Positions 36,040-47,202 are shown, counted from the stretch's first letter. The stretch: DNA of 64,000 nucleotides from an uncultured Bacilli bacterium (GCA_934148845.1 CAKPDH010000001.1:98939-162938); one strand, 5' to 3'. The notes: generated by a model not told the origin, from the sequence alone. Translations and numbers: made by a program.

Positions 36040-39000
36040 ATGGCATGGACAAAAGAACAAGAAGAAGCAATAACAAGAACTGGAACTAATATAATAGTAA
36101 GTGCAGGTGCAGGAAGTGGAAAAACTGCTGTATTAACGGAAAGAACAATACGTAAATTATTAAATGGTGAAAGTATTAATAAGCTTTTGATTCTAACGTT
36201 TACAAATGCAGCAGCAGGTGAGATGAGGGAGAGAATAAGAAGAGAATTAAAAAAGTCTGGTCTAGTAGATGAACTAGATAATATAGATTCAGCTTATATC
36301 ACAACATTCGATTCTTTCGCACTTTCTGTTGTAAAAAAATACCATTATCTTCTTAATGTTCCAAAAAATATATCAATTATGGATTCATCAATTGAAATTG
36401 TAAAAACAGATGAAATAATTAATGATATATTTTTGGATATGTATTCTAGGGATGATTTTAAAAAATTCATAGGCGACTTTTGTTATAAAAGTGATGATAA
36501 TGTAAAAGAAGTAATAAAAGAATTAAATAAAAAATTAGATTTACTTCCAAATAAGATAGAATACTTATCAAACTATACAGATAAATTTTTTAGTTTAGAT
36601 AATATCAATAAATATGTAGATGAATATTTAGATTTAATTAAAAAGAAAGTATCACAGATAAATACACCATATGAAAATCTTGTAAGCTTAACAGATAATA
36701 AATATATTGAAAAATTTAATTTAGAGCCATTACTTAATTCAAAAACATATGAAGATATTAAAATGAATATAGGCCTCATAGGATCACCTAGAAAAAATCA
36801 AAATTGCTCTCCTGATTTTGTTATTTATAAAGACTTAATTATGGAAAAAATAAAAGCACTAAAAGAATATACAAGATTTAATGATGTCCTTGACATAAAA
36901 GAATCTTTATTATCTATTAAGCCATATATAAAAGTAATATGCGATATTATTATTAAATTGGATTTAGAGTTTAATAAATATAAGAAGGAAAAAAATTTAT
37001 ATACTTTTTCTGATATAGCACTAATGTCAATAAAAGTAGTAAGTGAAAATGAAGATGTAAAAGAAGAATTAAAAAATTCATTTTCAGAAATTATGCTTGA
37101 TGAATATCAGGATACAAGTGATATTCAAGAAAAATTTATTAATCTAATTTCAAATAATAATGTATATATGGTAGGTGATATAAAACAATCTATATATAGA
37201 TTTAGACATGCTAATCCTTATATATTTAGGGATAAGTATGATAATTATTCAAAAAATAATGGCGGAATAAAAATTGATTTATTAAAAAATTTTAGAAGTA
37301 GAGAAGAAGTACTTGATAATATTAATTTAATATTTAATTTAATTATGGATAATAATATAGGCGATGCTGAGTATAAATTATCTCATCAGATGAATTATGG
37401 TAATATAAGTTATTCAAATGAATTAAAAACATCTAATGATAATAATATGGATATATTTACTTATGAAAAGTTGGATGAATATTCTAATGATGAGGTAGAA
37501 GCTTTTTTTGTAGCGCATGATATAAAAGAAAAAATTGATAATAAATATGAAGTTGTAGATAAAAATACTAAAATGCTAAGAGCTTGTACATACTCGGATT
37601 TTGCTATAATAATGGATCGTGGAAGTAGTTTTGATTTATATAAAAAAATATTTGAATATTTAGGTATTCCTATATCTCAAATAAAGAATGAAAAACTTAC
37701 GAGTGGCTATGATATAACAATAATTAGTAATTTAATAAATTTAATTATAAAAATAAATGATAAAGAGTATGATAATGATTTTAAATATTATTATACTAGT
37801 GTATCTAGATCATACTTAAATAAAATAAGTGATGAAGAACTGTTTACAATAGTTAGTGAAAATAAATATTTTGATACTGAATTATTTATTAAATGTAAAA
37901 ATATAAATATATTAGAACTTTCTTGTTACTCATTACTTAATAAAATAATAAATGAATTTAACTTTTATGAAAAAATATTAACACTAAATAATATAAAAGA
38001 AAAACAAATTAAAATGGAATACTTATTGAATTTAAGTGAAAGTTTATCTAACATAGGTTATACTCCAAAAATGTTTGCTTTATATTTAAACGAAATGAAA
38101 GATAAGGAATCAATAGAATATTCTTTAAATCAAAATGATTCTAATAGTGTTAAAATATTAAATATACATAAAAGTAAAGGGCTAGAATATAATATTTGTT
38201 ATTTTACAGGATTATATAAAAAGAAAAACGATGAAGAGAAGAAGGCTAGATTTTTAGTGGATTCTAATTTTAATATAGTAACCCCTTATGTTAATAATGG
38301 AATTAAAAATACTATATTAAAGGATCTTATAATAGATAAAAATGCAAAAGATGATATAAGTGAAAAAATAAGATTATTTTATGTAGCGCTTACACGTGCT
38401 AAAGAAAAAATTATTTTAGTTTTACCATCTAATGATTCTAAAGATTCATACACAACTCTTGTTCCAGATGAAGTAAGACTTAAGTATAATAGTATGGCAT
38501 CTTTCTTATATTCAATATATCCAGTATTAACAAGATATATTAAAGAGATAGATTTTAATAAAGTTATATTAACTAAAGACTATGATAAAATAAAAAAGTA
38601 TAATTATAAAAGTTTAATAAAAAAAAGTAATGTTAGTATAATAAAAAAGAAAAATAATATAGAATATAATCTTTTAAATGAATCTAGATATTCAAAACAT
38701 TCAAATAATTTAATTACTATAGATGAATATAATAATATGAAAGAAGGTACTAAATTTCATTATATTTTTGAAGTAGAGGATTTTAATACAACTACTAATA
38801 AGTATGTTTTAAAATTTTTAAAACATATTGATAATAATTATATTAACTGTTATAAAGAATATGAATTTATTTATACTAGTAATTTAGAAGTTAAAAAGGG
38901 TATTATAGACCTATTACTTGAATATGAAGATCATTTTGATATAATAGATTATAAAATGAAAAATATATATGATTTAAATTATGTAAAACAATTAAATGGA

Positions 39001-39087
39001 TATAAAGAATATATAGAAAGTATCAGCCAAAAAAATACAAATATATATTTGTATTCTATTTTAGAAGATAAATTAACTAAAATATAA
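36040..39087 (+). CDS. addA: AddA-like ATP-dependent helicase/nuclease (UvrD-family SF1 helicase with C-terminal PD-(D/E)xK nuclease motif)
   Basis: Motif I AGAGSGKTAVLTER, Ia TFTNAAAGEMRERI, LDEYQDTS, GDIKQSIYRFRHANPYIF, IDLLKNFRSR, NIHKSKGLEY, LFYVALTRAKEKIILV, and C-terminal GIIDLLLEYEDHFDIIDYK. Each aligns with B. subtilis AddA equivalents. 1015 aa. No addB adjacent. Confidence 0.7.
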   Translation: MAWTKEQEEAITRTGTNIIVSAGAGSGKTAVLTERTIRKLLNGESINKLLILTFTNAAAGEMRERIRRELKKSGLVDELDNIDSAYITTFDSFALSVVKKYHYLLNVPKNISIMDSSIEIVKTDEIINDIFLDMYSRDDFKKFIGDFCYKSDDNVKEVIKELNKKLDLLPNKIEYLSNYTDKFFSLDNINKYVDEYLDLIKKKVSQINTPYENLVSLTDNKYIEKFNLEPLLNSKTYEDIKMNIGLIGSPRKNQNCSPDFVIYKDLIMEKIKALKEYTRFNDVLDIKESLLSIKPYIKVICDIIIKLDLEFNKYKKEKNLYTFSDIALMSIKVVSENEDVKEELKNSFSEIMLDEYQDTSDIQEKFINLISNNNVYMVGDIKQSIYRFRHANPYIFRDKYDNYSKNNGGIKIDLLKNFRSREEVLDNINLIFNLIMDNNIGDAEYKLSHQMNYGNISYSNELKTSNDNNMDIFTYEKLDEYSNDEVEAFFVAHDIKEKIDNKYEVVDKNTKMLRACTYSDFAIIMDRGSSFDLYKKIFEYLGIPISQIKNEKLTSGYDITIISNLINLIIKINDKEYDNDFKYYYTSVSRSYLNKISDEELFTIVSENKYFDTELFIKCKNINILELSCYSLLNKIINEFNFYEKILTLNNIKEKQIKMEYLLNLSESLSNIGYTPKMFALYLNEMKDKESIEYSLNQNDSNSVKILNIHKSKGLEYNICYFTGLYKKKNDEEKKARFLVDSNFNIVTPYVNNGIKNTILKDLIIDKNAKDDISEKIRLFYVALTRAKEKIILVLPSNDSKDSYTTLVPDEVRLKYNSMASFLYSIYPVLTRYIKEIDFNKVILTKDYDKIKKYNYKSLIKKSNVSIIKKKNNIEYNLLNESRYSKHSNNLITIDEYNNMKEGTKFHYIFEVEDFNTTTNKYVLKFLKHIDNNYINCYKEYEFIYTSNLEVKKGIIDLLLEYEDHFDIIDYKMKNIYDLNYVKQLNGYKEYIESISQKNTNIYLYSILEDKLTKI

Positions 39088-39091
39088 AAAA

Positions 39092-39124
39092 GGAATCCAC
39101 TTTTTAAATGGATTCTATTTTTTT
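39092..39124. terminator. Bidirectional hairpin between convergent addA-like and rnj genes
   Basis: GAATCCA-cttttttaaa-TGGATTC flanked by A/T runs on both sides. Confidence 0.5.
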
Positions 39125-40785
39125 ATGTCATTAATTATAGGCAAAATTATAGGATATCTTCCTGTTCTATCATATATATAAGAAGAAAGGTTAGTTATTA
39201 AATCAGTTTTAATATCACTAAAAATACAATTTACTTTAAGTTTATTATTAATTATCATAAAAGCTTCTTTTTCTATATCTTTTAATAATTCAAGATTTTC
39301 TTGTATTAATACAAATCCCCTTGTAGTTATGTTAGGTGACACTAATAGTTTTTTCTTTTGTGTATCTATGTTTGCTATTACTACAACTATTCCATCACTA
39401 GACATAATTTTTCTCTCACGCATAACAGCGTTTCCAATTTCTCCAATTCTATTACCATCTACATAAACATCACCAGATTGAACATTTTTATCCTTTTTTA
39501 TTTTTCCTTTATTAAGCGATAAAACTTCACCATTTTCAAGGACAAATGTGTTTTCTTTAGGCATACCACATAATACTGCTAGATCAGCATGACTTTTAAG
39601 CATTCTATATTCTCCGTGGAATGGCATAAAATATTTTGGCTTAATTAGTCTTAACATAAGTTTTAATTCTTCTTGATTACCATGCCCTGATGTGTGTACA
39701 TCATTTAATGAAGTGTTAGTATAAACTTTAACACCCTTTAAATATAATTTGTTTATTATTCTTGAAATAGATAATGCATTACCAGGTATTGCTGATGATG
39801 AGAATATAACAACATCATTATCTTGTAATTTAATTTGTTTATGAGAATTATTTGCTATACGTGAAAGGGCAGCTAATGGTTCACCTTGTGAACCTGTACA
39901 AAGTAAGCATACTTCATTAGGTGGAAGATTATTAGCTTCTTCTGGTGTTATAAATATTTCTTTATTTTTTATATAACCTGAATTTAGCGATATTTCAATA
40001 TTATTTTCCATACTTCTACCAAATATAGCAATTTTTCTATTATTTCTCTTGCAAGTGTCAACAATATGTTTAAGTCTATAAATATTAGACGCAAATGTAG
40101 CTATTATAATTCTACTTTTATTTTGATAAAATATATGAGATAATGCTTGGTCTACTTTTGATTCACTTGTACTTACACCTTCATTTAAAGCATTTGTACT
40201 GTCACTTAAAAGTAAAGATACGCCCGCTTTACCAATTTCTGCCATTTTATGTATATTAGCCATAGGTCCTATAGGAGTCAAATCAAATTTAAAATCTCCA
40301 GTAGTTACTATTGTACCATTAGGTGTATGTACAACAACGCCGTGTGAATCTGGAATAGAATGCGTTGTTCTAAAAAATTCAACAGACATATTTTTAAATT
40401 TAACTTTTGTCTTTTCATCATATATAATTAAATTTTTATAATTAATTCCTTTATCTTCAAGTTTCTTTCTAATAAGTCCTGCTGCTTGGTTAGGTGAATA
40501 GATTACTGGTATATTAACTGTTTGAAGTAAAAATGGAATACCACCAATATGATCTTCGTGCCCATGTGTTATAAATACTGCTTTTATTTTACTTTCATTT
40601 TTCTTAAGAAAGCTAAAGTCTGGAATTATATAATCTACACCAGGTAATTCATCTGATGGAAAGGTTATTCCAACATCAATAATAACTATTTCATTTTTAA
40701 CTTGAACACAATACATATTTTTTCCAACTTCACCAAGTCCACCTAAGGCAAATATTTTAGTATCATTATTATTTATAAGTTTCAT
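39115..40785 (-). CDS. rnj: Ribonuclease J (metallo-beta-lactamase / beta-CASP RNase)
   Basis: N-terminus MKLINNNDTKIFALGGLGEVGKNMY, HGHEDHIGG zinc motif, beta-CASP and C-terminal domain; 556 aa. Confidence 0.85.
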   Translation of the reverse strand: MKLINNNDTKIFALGGLGEVGKNMYCVQVKNEIVIIDVGITFPSDELPGVDYIIPDFSFLKKNESKIKAVFITHGHEDHIGGIPFLLQTVNIPVIYSPNQAAGLIRKKLEDKGINYKNLIIYDEKTKVKFKNMSVEFFRTTHSIPDSHGVVVHTPNGTIVTTGDFKFDLTPIGPMANIHKMAEIGKAGVSLLLSDSTNALNEGVSTSESKVDQALSHIFYQNKSRIIIATFASNIYRLKHIVDTCKRNNRKIAIFGRSMENNIEISLNSGYIKNKEIFITPEEANNLPPNEVCLLCTGSQGEPLAALSRIANNSHKQIKLQDNDVVIFSSSAIPGNALSISRIINKLYLKGVKVYTNTSLNDVHTSGHGNQEELKLMLRLIKPKYFMPFHGEYRMLKSHADLAVLCGMPKENTFVLENGEVLSLNKGKIKKDKNVQSGDVYVDGNRIGEIGNAVMRERKIMSSDGIVVVIANIDTQKKKLLVSPNITTRGFVLIQENLELLKDIEKEAFMIINNKLKVNCIFSDIKTDLITNLSSYIYDRTGRYPIILPIINDIKK

Positions 40786-40854
40786 AGTTACCTCCTTTCT
40801 TTTATTAATTACTTTACAATTATACTATTAAATACTTTTTTTGTCTAGTCGAAA

Positions 40855-40878
40855 TAAAAAGATAGGCAAGGCCTATCT
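40855..40878 (-). terminator. rpsD terminator
   Basis: Minus-strand AGATAGGC-ctt-GCCTATCT followed by T5; overlaps the stop codon. Confidence 0.5.
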
Positions 40879-41475
40879 GTTATAGAATTCAACTATTAAT
40901 GATTCATTAACGTTACCATTTAATTCAGTTCTTTCTGGATATCTTACAAAAGTACCAGCCATTTTAGCTTCGTCATATGTAATAAATTCAGCTCTTTTAG
41001 CTAATGCAGAAAGTGAATCAAGTACAACTTTTAATTCTCTGTCAGTTTCTTTAATTCCAATAACATCACCAGGTTTACATCTGTATGATGGAATATCAAC
41101 TTTTTTACCATTAACAGTTATATGTCCATGATTTACAAGTTGTCTTGCACCACGTCTAGTAGTAGCAAATCCAATACGGTAAACTAGGTTATCTAATCTT
41201 GATTCAAGTAATCTAAATAAGTTTTCACCATGAACACCTTTCATCTTACCAGCATCCTCAAAAGTTTTTCTGAATTGTTTTTCATTTAAGCCATACATGA
41301 ATCTAACTTTTTGTTTTTCTTGTAATTGAACACCATAGTTAGATAATTTTTTAGCTTTCTTATTTCCATGAATACCAGGTGCATAAGGCTTTTTAGCAAG
41401 CTCTTTACCTGTTTCAAGAGTAGAGAAACCTAAACGACGACTTATACGATAACTTGAGTCTTTGTATCTTGCCAT
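40873..41475 (-). CDS. rpsD: 30S ribosomal protein S4
   Basis: MARYKDSSYRISRRLGFS..., full-length alignment to bacterial S4 (..LESRLDNLVYRIGFATTRRGARQLVNHGHI..LIVEFYNR). Confidence 0.95.
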   Translation of the reverse strand: MARYKDSSYRISRRLGFSTLETGKELAKKPYAPGIHGNKKAKKLSNYGVQLQEKQKVRFMYGLNEKQFRKTFEDAGKMKGVHGENLFRLLESRLDNLVYRIGFATTRRGARQLVNHGHITVNGKKVDIPSYRCKPGDVIGIKETDRELKVVLDSLSALAKRAEFITYDEAKMAGTFVRYPERTELNGNVNESLIVEFYNR

Positions 41476-41640
41476 AATATTCTCCTTTCTTACGAAAAGA
41501 ACTACTTGTCTAATTATAGGGTGTTTATTTTAATATTTTCGCTTCGCAGCACTTTAGTAATAAAAGTTACTAATAAACCAAATGGAATAAACACGTTATA
41601 ATTATCTAGTATTGCTGCTCCAATTCGCACTTATGATTAT
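41476..41640 (-). promoter_or_regulatory. rpsD 5' leader/promoter region (candidate S4 autoregulatory leader)
   Basis: Minus-strand TATAAT candidates at about 41515 and about 41610. Leader with GCAGCA/TGCTGC and TAGTAA/TTACTA inverted repeats. S4 genes in Firmicutes have structured autoregulatory leaders. Confidence 0.35.
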
Positions 41641-41678
41641 ATAATTATTTTTTATATTTGTCAATATCTATATGCTTA

Positions 41679-41707
41679 TTGACTATTAAATCAAAATAAA
41701 TTAAAAT
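41679..41707 (+). promoter_or_regulatory. thyA promoter
   Basis: TTGACT-17-TAAAAT. RBS AAGGAGGG before the ATG at 41726. Confidence 0.5.
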
Positions 41708-41725
41708 TATTAAGGAGGGTAAATT

Positions 41726-42721
41726 ATGACAAAATGGGATAAAGATTATTTAGAACTTTGTAAAAGAATACTTAAAGAAGGGGAAGAAGTAGAAAATAGA
41801 ACAGGAATTAATACAATTAAAATACCGAGTCACACTTTTCATTTTGATTTGAGTAAAGAATTTCCAATTCTTCAAACAAAACAATTATTCTTTAAAAATG
41901 CTATTACTGAAATACTATGGATATATCAAGCACAAAGTAATAATGTAGATTGGCTTCATGAAAGGGGAAATAAAGTATGGGATGAATGGATGATAGATTC
42001 AGATGGTATTTATAGAACTTATAAAACTGTTGATGGGGCTAGGGTTTTAAATAGTGAAAAAAATTTTGGAACTGAATTTAGTCATACTATAGGTACTGCT
42101 TATGGATGGATAGTTAATAAATATAAATTAACTGATCAACTTTTAGATACTATAAAAAATAATCCAACGGATAGAAGATTAATTATGTCATTGTGGCAAA
42201 ATGAATGGCTTAAAACAGCAGTATTGCCATCTTGTGTTTGGTCTAGTGAATGGGATGTAACTGATGGAAAGCTTAATGCTTGGGTTCATCAAAGAAGCTG
42301 TGATGTACCACTTGGACTACCTTTTAATGTGACGCAATATGCAACCTTATTAACTCTTTTTTCACAGTGTGCATCTCTAAAACCCGGCACTCTTGACTGG
42401 TCAATAAAAGACGCACATATCTATACTAATCAAATAGATGGAATAATAGAACAAATAAAAAGAGATGAAATATATGAAAAATTAAAAAAGTATACAAAAG
42501 ATGATTTGATAAGATTAAAACACCACTTAGAAAATGAAGAAAATAAAGATGATACTTTATTAAGAATTATAGATATTATATTAGAACCAACAAAACCATA
42601 TTTATGGGTAAATCCAGATATTAAAGATTTTTACGCATTTGATAATTCAAAAAATTTAAATGATATTAAAGTTAAGGAGTATAAGCACATGGGAAAAATT
42701 AAGTTTCCTATTGCTCAGTAA
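41726..42721 (+). CDS. thyA: Thymidylate synthase (ThyA, long form with insert)
   Basis: ..ENRTGINT..FHFDL..FPILQTKQLFFKNAITEILWIY.., catalytic region ..AVLPSCVWSSEW.. and ..DAHIYTNQ..; 331 aa. Confidence 0.8.
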   Translation: MTKWDKDYLELCKRILKEGEEVENRTGINTIKIPSHTFHFDLSKEFPILQTKQLFFKNAITEILWIYQAQSNNVDWLHERGNKVWDEWMIDSDGIYRTYKTVDGARVLNSEKNFGTEFSHTIGTAYGWIVNKYKLTDQLLDTIKNNPTDRRLIMSLWQNEWLKTAVLPSCVWSSEWDVTDGKLNAWVHQRSCDVPLGLPFNVTQYATLLTLFSQCASLKPGTLDWSIKDAHIYTNQIDGIIEQIKRDEIYEKLKKYTKDDLIRLKHHLENEENKDDTLLRIIDIILEPTKPYLWVNPDIKDFYAFDNSKNLNDIKVKEYKHMGKIKFPIAQ

Positions 42722-42723
42722 TT

Positions 42724-43203
42724 ATGGACATTAATTTAATTGCAGCAATAGGTAAAAATAATGAATTAGGGTATAATAAAGATTTAATCTGGAAAATAAA
42801 GGGAGATTTAAAGTTCTTTAAAAATACTACTATTGGACATCCAGTAGTAATGGGTAGGAGGACTTTTGAATCTCTACCTAAAGTATTACCACAAAGAGAA
42901 AATATAGTTATTAGTAGCACTATGGAAGATGTAAATAAAGAAATAAAACTTTATAGAAGTGTTAAAGAATTTTTAGAAGAATATAAAAAATATAATGGTG
43001 ATGTTTTTGTAATAGGTGGTGAATCTATATACTCACAGTTTATAGACCTTGCAGATAAAATTTATTTAACAGAAATAGACGATTCGAAACTATCTGATGT
43101 ATATTTTCCTAAATTTGACAAAAATAAATATTCAAAGAATCTAATTTTAACTAATATAGAAGATGGTATAAAATATAGTCATGTTTTATATAAGAAAAAA
43201 TAA
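42724..43203 (+). CDS. folA: Dihydrofolate reductase
   Basis: MDINLIAAIGKNNELGYNKDLIWKIKGDLKFFKNTTIGHPVVMGRRTFESL.. is the classic DHFR N-terminus; 159 aa. Follows thyA. Confidence 0.85.
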   Translation: MDINLIAAIGKNNELGYNKDLIWKIKGDLKFFKNTTIGHPVVMGRRTFESLPKVLPQRENIVISSTMEDVNKEIKLYRSVKEFLEEYKKYNGDVFVIGGESIYSQFIDLADKIYLTEIDDSKLSDVYFPKFDKNKYSKNLILTNIEDGIKYSHVLYKKK

Positions 43204-43261
43204 TAATAAAAAATATTGTCGAAAAAAATCAAGTGTGATATAATTATAATAGGTGATCGCT

Positions 43262-44980
43262 ATGGATAATTTAACGCTTATTATGTTAACACTTTTTTTA
43301 ATATGCTCTGGCCTTATAATAGCAGTGTTAAATTTAATTCAGACTAGAAAAAATAAAAAAATCAAAAAAACTTTGGAAAAGTTAGAAGTAGAAAAAAATG
43401 AACTTGCTACTTCTCCTATTGTACCTGAACTTGCAAAGGTAGAGGCTTTTTTGAATAATGATAAATTAAAAGAATTATATGATGAATGGACAAAAAGATT
43501 AAAACAGATAAAAGAAGTCCAAATACCTAAATTATCTGATATGATTTTGGATGCTGAATATACACTTTCTCAAATGGATTATAAAGGTACTACATATAAA
43601 ATAGCAAAACTAGAAATGGAATTATATAAAGTTAGAACTAATTCAGATTTTTTATTTGGTGAAATAAAAGATTTAACTACAAGTGAAGAGAGAAATAGAA
43701 CTATAATAACTGATTATAAATCAAGATATAGAGCTCTTTATCAAAAATATGTTGATATTAAATCTGAATATGGAGATTTTAGTGAAATTGTAAATGATGA
43801 ATTTAAATTAATAGCAAGTAAATTTGAACAATTTGAAACTATGATGGATAATAATGAATATATCGAAGTAAATGATGTTTTAAGTAATATAGATGAATTA
43901 TTAAATCATATGGCTATTGTAGTGGAAGAAGTGCCTTCTATTGTTCTTATGTTATCTAATATACTTCCTAAAAAAATAAATGAAGCAAAATCTACATATG
44001 ATAAGATGATAAATGAAGGATATCCTCTAGATTATTTGAATGTTGAATATAATTTAGATGAAGCAAATAAGAAAATAGAAGATATAAAGAATAGAACAAC
44101 AAAGCTTGATATGAATGAAAGTCTAGTTGAACTTAAAGCTTTATTAGATTATTTTGATACTTTAGCAGGAGCATTTGATAAAGAAAAAAACGATAGAAAA
44201 ACTTATGAAGATAAGTTAATATCATTTGAAAAACGCTTGACTAAAATGAATAGTGCGGTAGATGAAGTATATGATCAGATAGATGAAATAAAAAATATTT
44301 ATAATCTAAAGTCTGAAAATATAAATGCTTTAAATGAAGTAAGAACTGAAATGTATAATATTAATACAAATTATAAAGTATTAAAGGATCATACAAAGTT
44401 TAATAGTACATTTGCATATTCTAAATTAGTTAAAGAAGTAGAAGGATTATCAAATTCACTTGTTAACTCACAAGAAAAATTTGAAGAAGCTTTAAATGTA
44501 ATTGGTGGTATGCATGACGATGAGATACGAGCACGTCAACAATTAGAAGAAATTAAAAATGTATTAAAGGATTCTAAAGCTCAAATTAAAGAATATAATT
44601 TACCATTAATTCCTAGTGAATATTATACTGAATTAGGTGAGGCTAATAATGCTATTAAAGAAATAATAAAAGAATTAGATAAAAAACCAATCACAATAGA
44701 TGTATTAAATACAAGAGTTGATACAGCACGTGATTTAGTTCTTAAATTATATACTAAGACTAAAAGTATGATGAAAAATGCAATGTTTGCAGAAAAAGCA
44801 ATTGTATATGGAAATAGATATAGAAGTACAAATGAAGAATTAAATAATAGTTTAAATATATCAGAACAATTATTTTATAAAGGAGAATATAAGAAGTCTT
44901 TTGAACTTACTATTAATGCCATTAATAGAATAGAACCTGGTATATATAATAAAATACTAAATTTATATGGTGAAAAGTAA
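43262..44980 (+). CDS. ezrA: Septation ring formation regulator EzrA
   Basis: N-terminal TM (LTLIMLTLFLICSGLIIAVLNLI) followed by about 540 aa of spectrin-like coiled coil; size and architecture of EzrA. RBS AGGTGA before the ATG at 43262. Confidence 0.7.
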   Translation: MDNLTLIMLTLFLICSGLIIAVLNLIQTRKNKKIKKTLEKLEVEKNELATSPIVPELAKVEAFLNNDKLKELYDEWTKRLKQIKEVQIPKLSDMILDAEYTLSQMDYKGTTYKIAKLEMELYKVRTNSDFLFGEIKDLTTSEERNRTIITDYKSRYRALYQKYVDIKSEYGDFSEIVNDEFKLIASKFEQFETMMDNNEYIEVNDVLSNIDELLNHMAIVVEEVPSIVLMLSNILPKKINEAKSTYDKMINEGYPLDYLNVEYNLDEANKKIEDIKNRTTKLDMNESLVELKALLDYFDTLAGAFDKEKNDRKTYEDKLISFEKRLTKMNSAVDEVYDQIDEIKNIYNLKSENINALNEVRTEMYNINTNYKVLKDHTKFNSTFAYSKLVKEVEGLSNSLVNSQEKFEEALNVIGGMHDDEIRARQQLEEIKNVLKDSKAQIKEYNLPLIPSEYYTELGEANNAIKEIIKELDKKPITIDVLNTRVDTARDLVLKLYTKTKSMMKNAMFAEKAIVYGNRYRSTNEELNNSLNISEQLFYKGEYKKSFELTINAINRIEPGIYNKILNLYGEK

Positions 44981-44987
44981 AAAAGTA

Positions 44988-45016
44988 TTAACAAATTAAA
45001 AAAAATATGTTAAAAT
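44988..45016 (+). promoter_or_regulatory. thrS promoter
   Basis: TTAACA-17-TAAAAT with an extended -10 TG. Confidence 0.5.
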
Positions 45017-45024
45017 ATTTTCAT

Positions 45025-45240
45025 CAAAGGCAATGATTAGGACACGATTATTAAAGTATCATGATAGAGAGCTAGATTATGGTGGAATTCTAGTATGTAA
45101 TTTAATAGTTACTACCTATGAGCTGTTATCGAAAGATAAACCGGATAATACCGTTATTTAAATTAAGATATAAATTAGGATGGTACCGCGTACTACGTTT
45201 CTTACGCTCCTTAGTGGAGATAGGAAACGTTTTTTTATAG
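45025..45240 (+). promoter_or_regulatory. T-box riboswitch leader, Thr specifier (ACC)
   Basis: T-box sequence AAATTAGGATGGTACCGCG at 45173-45191. ACC codon in the candidate specifier loop (..GTTACTACCTATGAG..). Terminator AACGTTTC...GAAACGTT + T7 immediately before thrS. Confidence 0.75.
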
Positions 45241-45250
45241 GAGAGGTTTT

Positions 45251-46999
45251 ATGATAAATATTAAAGAAGATAAAGAGTTAAATGTATTAAATCATTCATG
45301 TGCACATTTAATGGCACATGCTATAAAGCACTTATATAAAGATGCAAAATTTTGGGTAGGCCCTGTAATAGATAGTGGTTTTTATTATGATGTTGATTTA
45401 GGTGATGCTGTAATAAATTCATCTGACTTATTAAAAATAGAAAGTGAAATGAAAAAAATAGCTAAGTCTGATAAGTTAATTAAAAGAATTGAGTTATCTA
45501 AAGGAGAAGCACTTGATATGTTTAAGGATGATCCATATAAGATTGATTTAATTTCTAGAATGGATGAAGATAATACTGTTATAAGTGCTTATAAGCAAGA
45601 TGACTTTATTGATTTATGTAGAGGACCTCATATGCCAACTACTAAATCTATGAAATATTTTAAGCTTATAAAAGTATCAGGTGCATATTATAAAGGTGAT
45701 TCAAAAAATAAAATGCTTCAAAGAATATATGGAGTATGCTTTAATAATCAAGAAGACTTAGATAATTATTTAAAAGAATTAGAAGAAGCTAAAGAAAGAG
45801 ATCATAGAAAAATAGGAAAAGATTTAGGTATATTTATGTCTCATGATTTAGTTGGAAAAGGTATGCCACTTTGGTTACCTAATGGTGCTATAATAAGAAA
45901 ACAACTAGAAAATTATATATATGATAAAGAAAGAAAAATGGGATATTTACATGTATATACACCTTGTGTTGGTACTATTGATTTATATAAGACTAGTGGT
46001 CACTTTGATCATTATAAAGAAAATATGTTCCCATCAATGAAAGTAGATGATGAAGAGTTTGTACTTCGTCCAATGAATTGTCCTCATCATATGTTAGTTT
46101 ATGGTAATGAGCTTCATTCTTATAGAGATTTACCTATTAGAATAGGTGAGTTTGCAACTGATTTTAGATATGAAGCAAGTGGAGCTGTTAAGGGACTTGA
46201 AAGAGTACGTTGTATGTGCCAAAATGATGCTCATCTTTTTGTTAGACCAGATCAAATAGGTGATGAATTTAAAAAGGTAGTATCTCTTATTTTAGAGGTA
46301 TATAAAGACTTTGGACTTAAAAATTATAAATTTAGATTATCATTAAGAGATCCTTTAGATAAACATAAATACTTTGATGATGATGAAATGTGGAATATAG
46401 CAGAAGATAAATTAAGAAGTGTATTAAATGAACTTGGATGTGAATATACTGAAGCTATTGGAGAAGCTGCATTTTATGGCCCTAAACTTGATGTTGAGGT
46501 AAAACCTGCAGTAGGACCTGAAGTAACTCTTTCTACTTGTCAATTAGATTTCTTATTACCAAGAAGATTTGAACTTACTTATGTTGATTCAGATGGAACT
46601 AAAAAAACTCCAGTAGTACTACATAGAGCAATTTTTGGAACATTTGATAGATTTACTGCATTTATATTAGAAGAAACTAAGGGAGCTTTACCACTTTGGT
46701 TAAGTCCAGTACAATTTAATGTAATACCAGTAAATAATAAATATCATAAAGAATATGCAACTAAGATTTATGATATGCTAAAAGATAAAGATTATAGAGT
46801 TAATCTAGATGATAGAGATGAAAAGCTAGGATATAAAATGAGAGAATCAGTAATGAAGAAAATACCATATTCAATAATCATAGGACAAAAAGAAGTAGAC
46901 AATAATAATATTAGTTATAGAACTTATGGTAGTGAAGAGACTATAACTTTATCAAAAGAAGAATTTATGGCTTTAATAGAAAAAGAATTAAGTAAATAG
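45251..46999 (+). CDS. thrS: Threonine--tRNA ligase (lacking the N-terminal TGS/N1 domain)
   Basis: Begins at the editing/N2 domain (..[20 protein letters not shown].., the equivalent of E. coli residue about 65). Class II motifs ..[16 protein letters not shown].., ..[11 protein letters not shown]..; C-terminal anticodon-binding domain. 582 aa vs about 640 typical. Confidence 0.9.
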   Translation: MINIKEDKELNVLNHSCAHLMAHAIKHLYKDAKFWVGPVIDSGFYYDVDLGDAVINSSDLLKIESEMKKIAKSDKLIKRIELSKGEALDMFKDDPYKIDLISRMDEDNTVISAYKQDDFIDLCRGPHMPTTKSMKYFKLIKVSGAYYKGDSKNKMLQRIYGVCFNNQEDLDNYLKELEEAKERDHRKIGKDLGIFMSHDLVGKGMPLWLPNGAIIRKQLENYIYDKERKMGYLHVYTPCVGTIDLYKTSGHFDHYKENMFPSMKVDDEEFVLRPMNCPHHMLVYGNELHSYRDLPIRIGEFATDFRYEASGAVKGLERVRCMCQNDAHLFVRPDQIGDEFKKVVSLILEVYKDFGLKNYKFRLSLRDPLDKHKYFDDDEMWNIAEDKLRSVLNELGCEYTEAIGEAAFYGPKLDVEVKPAVGPEVTLSTCQLDFLLPRRFELTYVDSDGTKKTPVVLHRAIFGTFDRFTAFILEETKGALPLWLSPVQFNVIPVNNKYHKEYATKIYDMLKDKDYRVNLDDRDEKLGYKMRESVMKKIPYSIIIGQKEVDNNNISYRTYGSEETITLSKEEFMALIEKELSK

Positions 47000-47202
47000 G
47001 AGTTTTATGAAAAGATTTTCAAATAAAATAGCTTTAAAGCAATATAAAAAAGCATTAATAGGGACTTATTATATCAATATTATTAGTAATTATAGGTATT
47101 ATATTTTGGATATGAAAAGATAGTATTATAAAAGAATCTAAGAAAAATATTTATGGCTTAAATGATATAATAATCAGTAATGAAGAAACTAAAGATTATA
47201 AA

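Noticed and set aside
41520-41660. Locally GC-richer, inverted-repeat-containing segment upstream of thyA, considered as a possible independent small RNA or riboswitch
   Set aside because: Best explained as the long structured autoregulatory leader of the divergent rpsD gene (minus strand). No recognisable riboswitch consensus. Kept only as a low-confidence leader annotation.
42708-42920. 70-aa minus-strand ORF across the thyA/folA junction
   Set aside because: Antisense to two conserved genes. No RBS.
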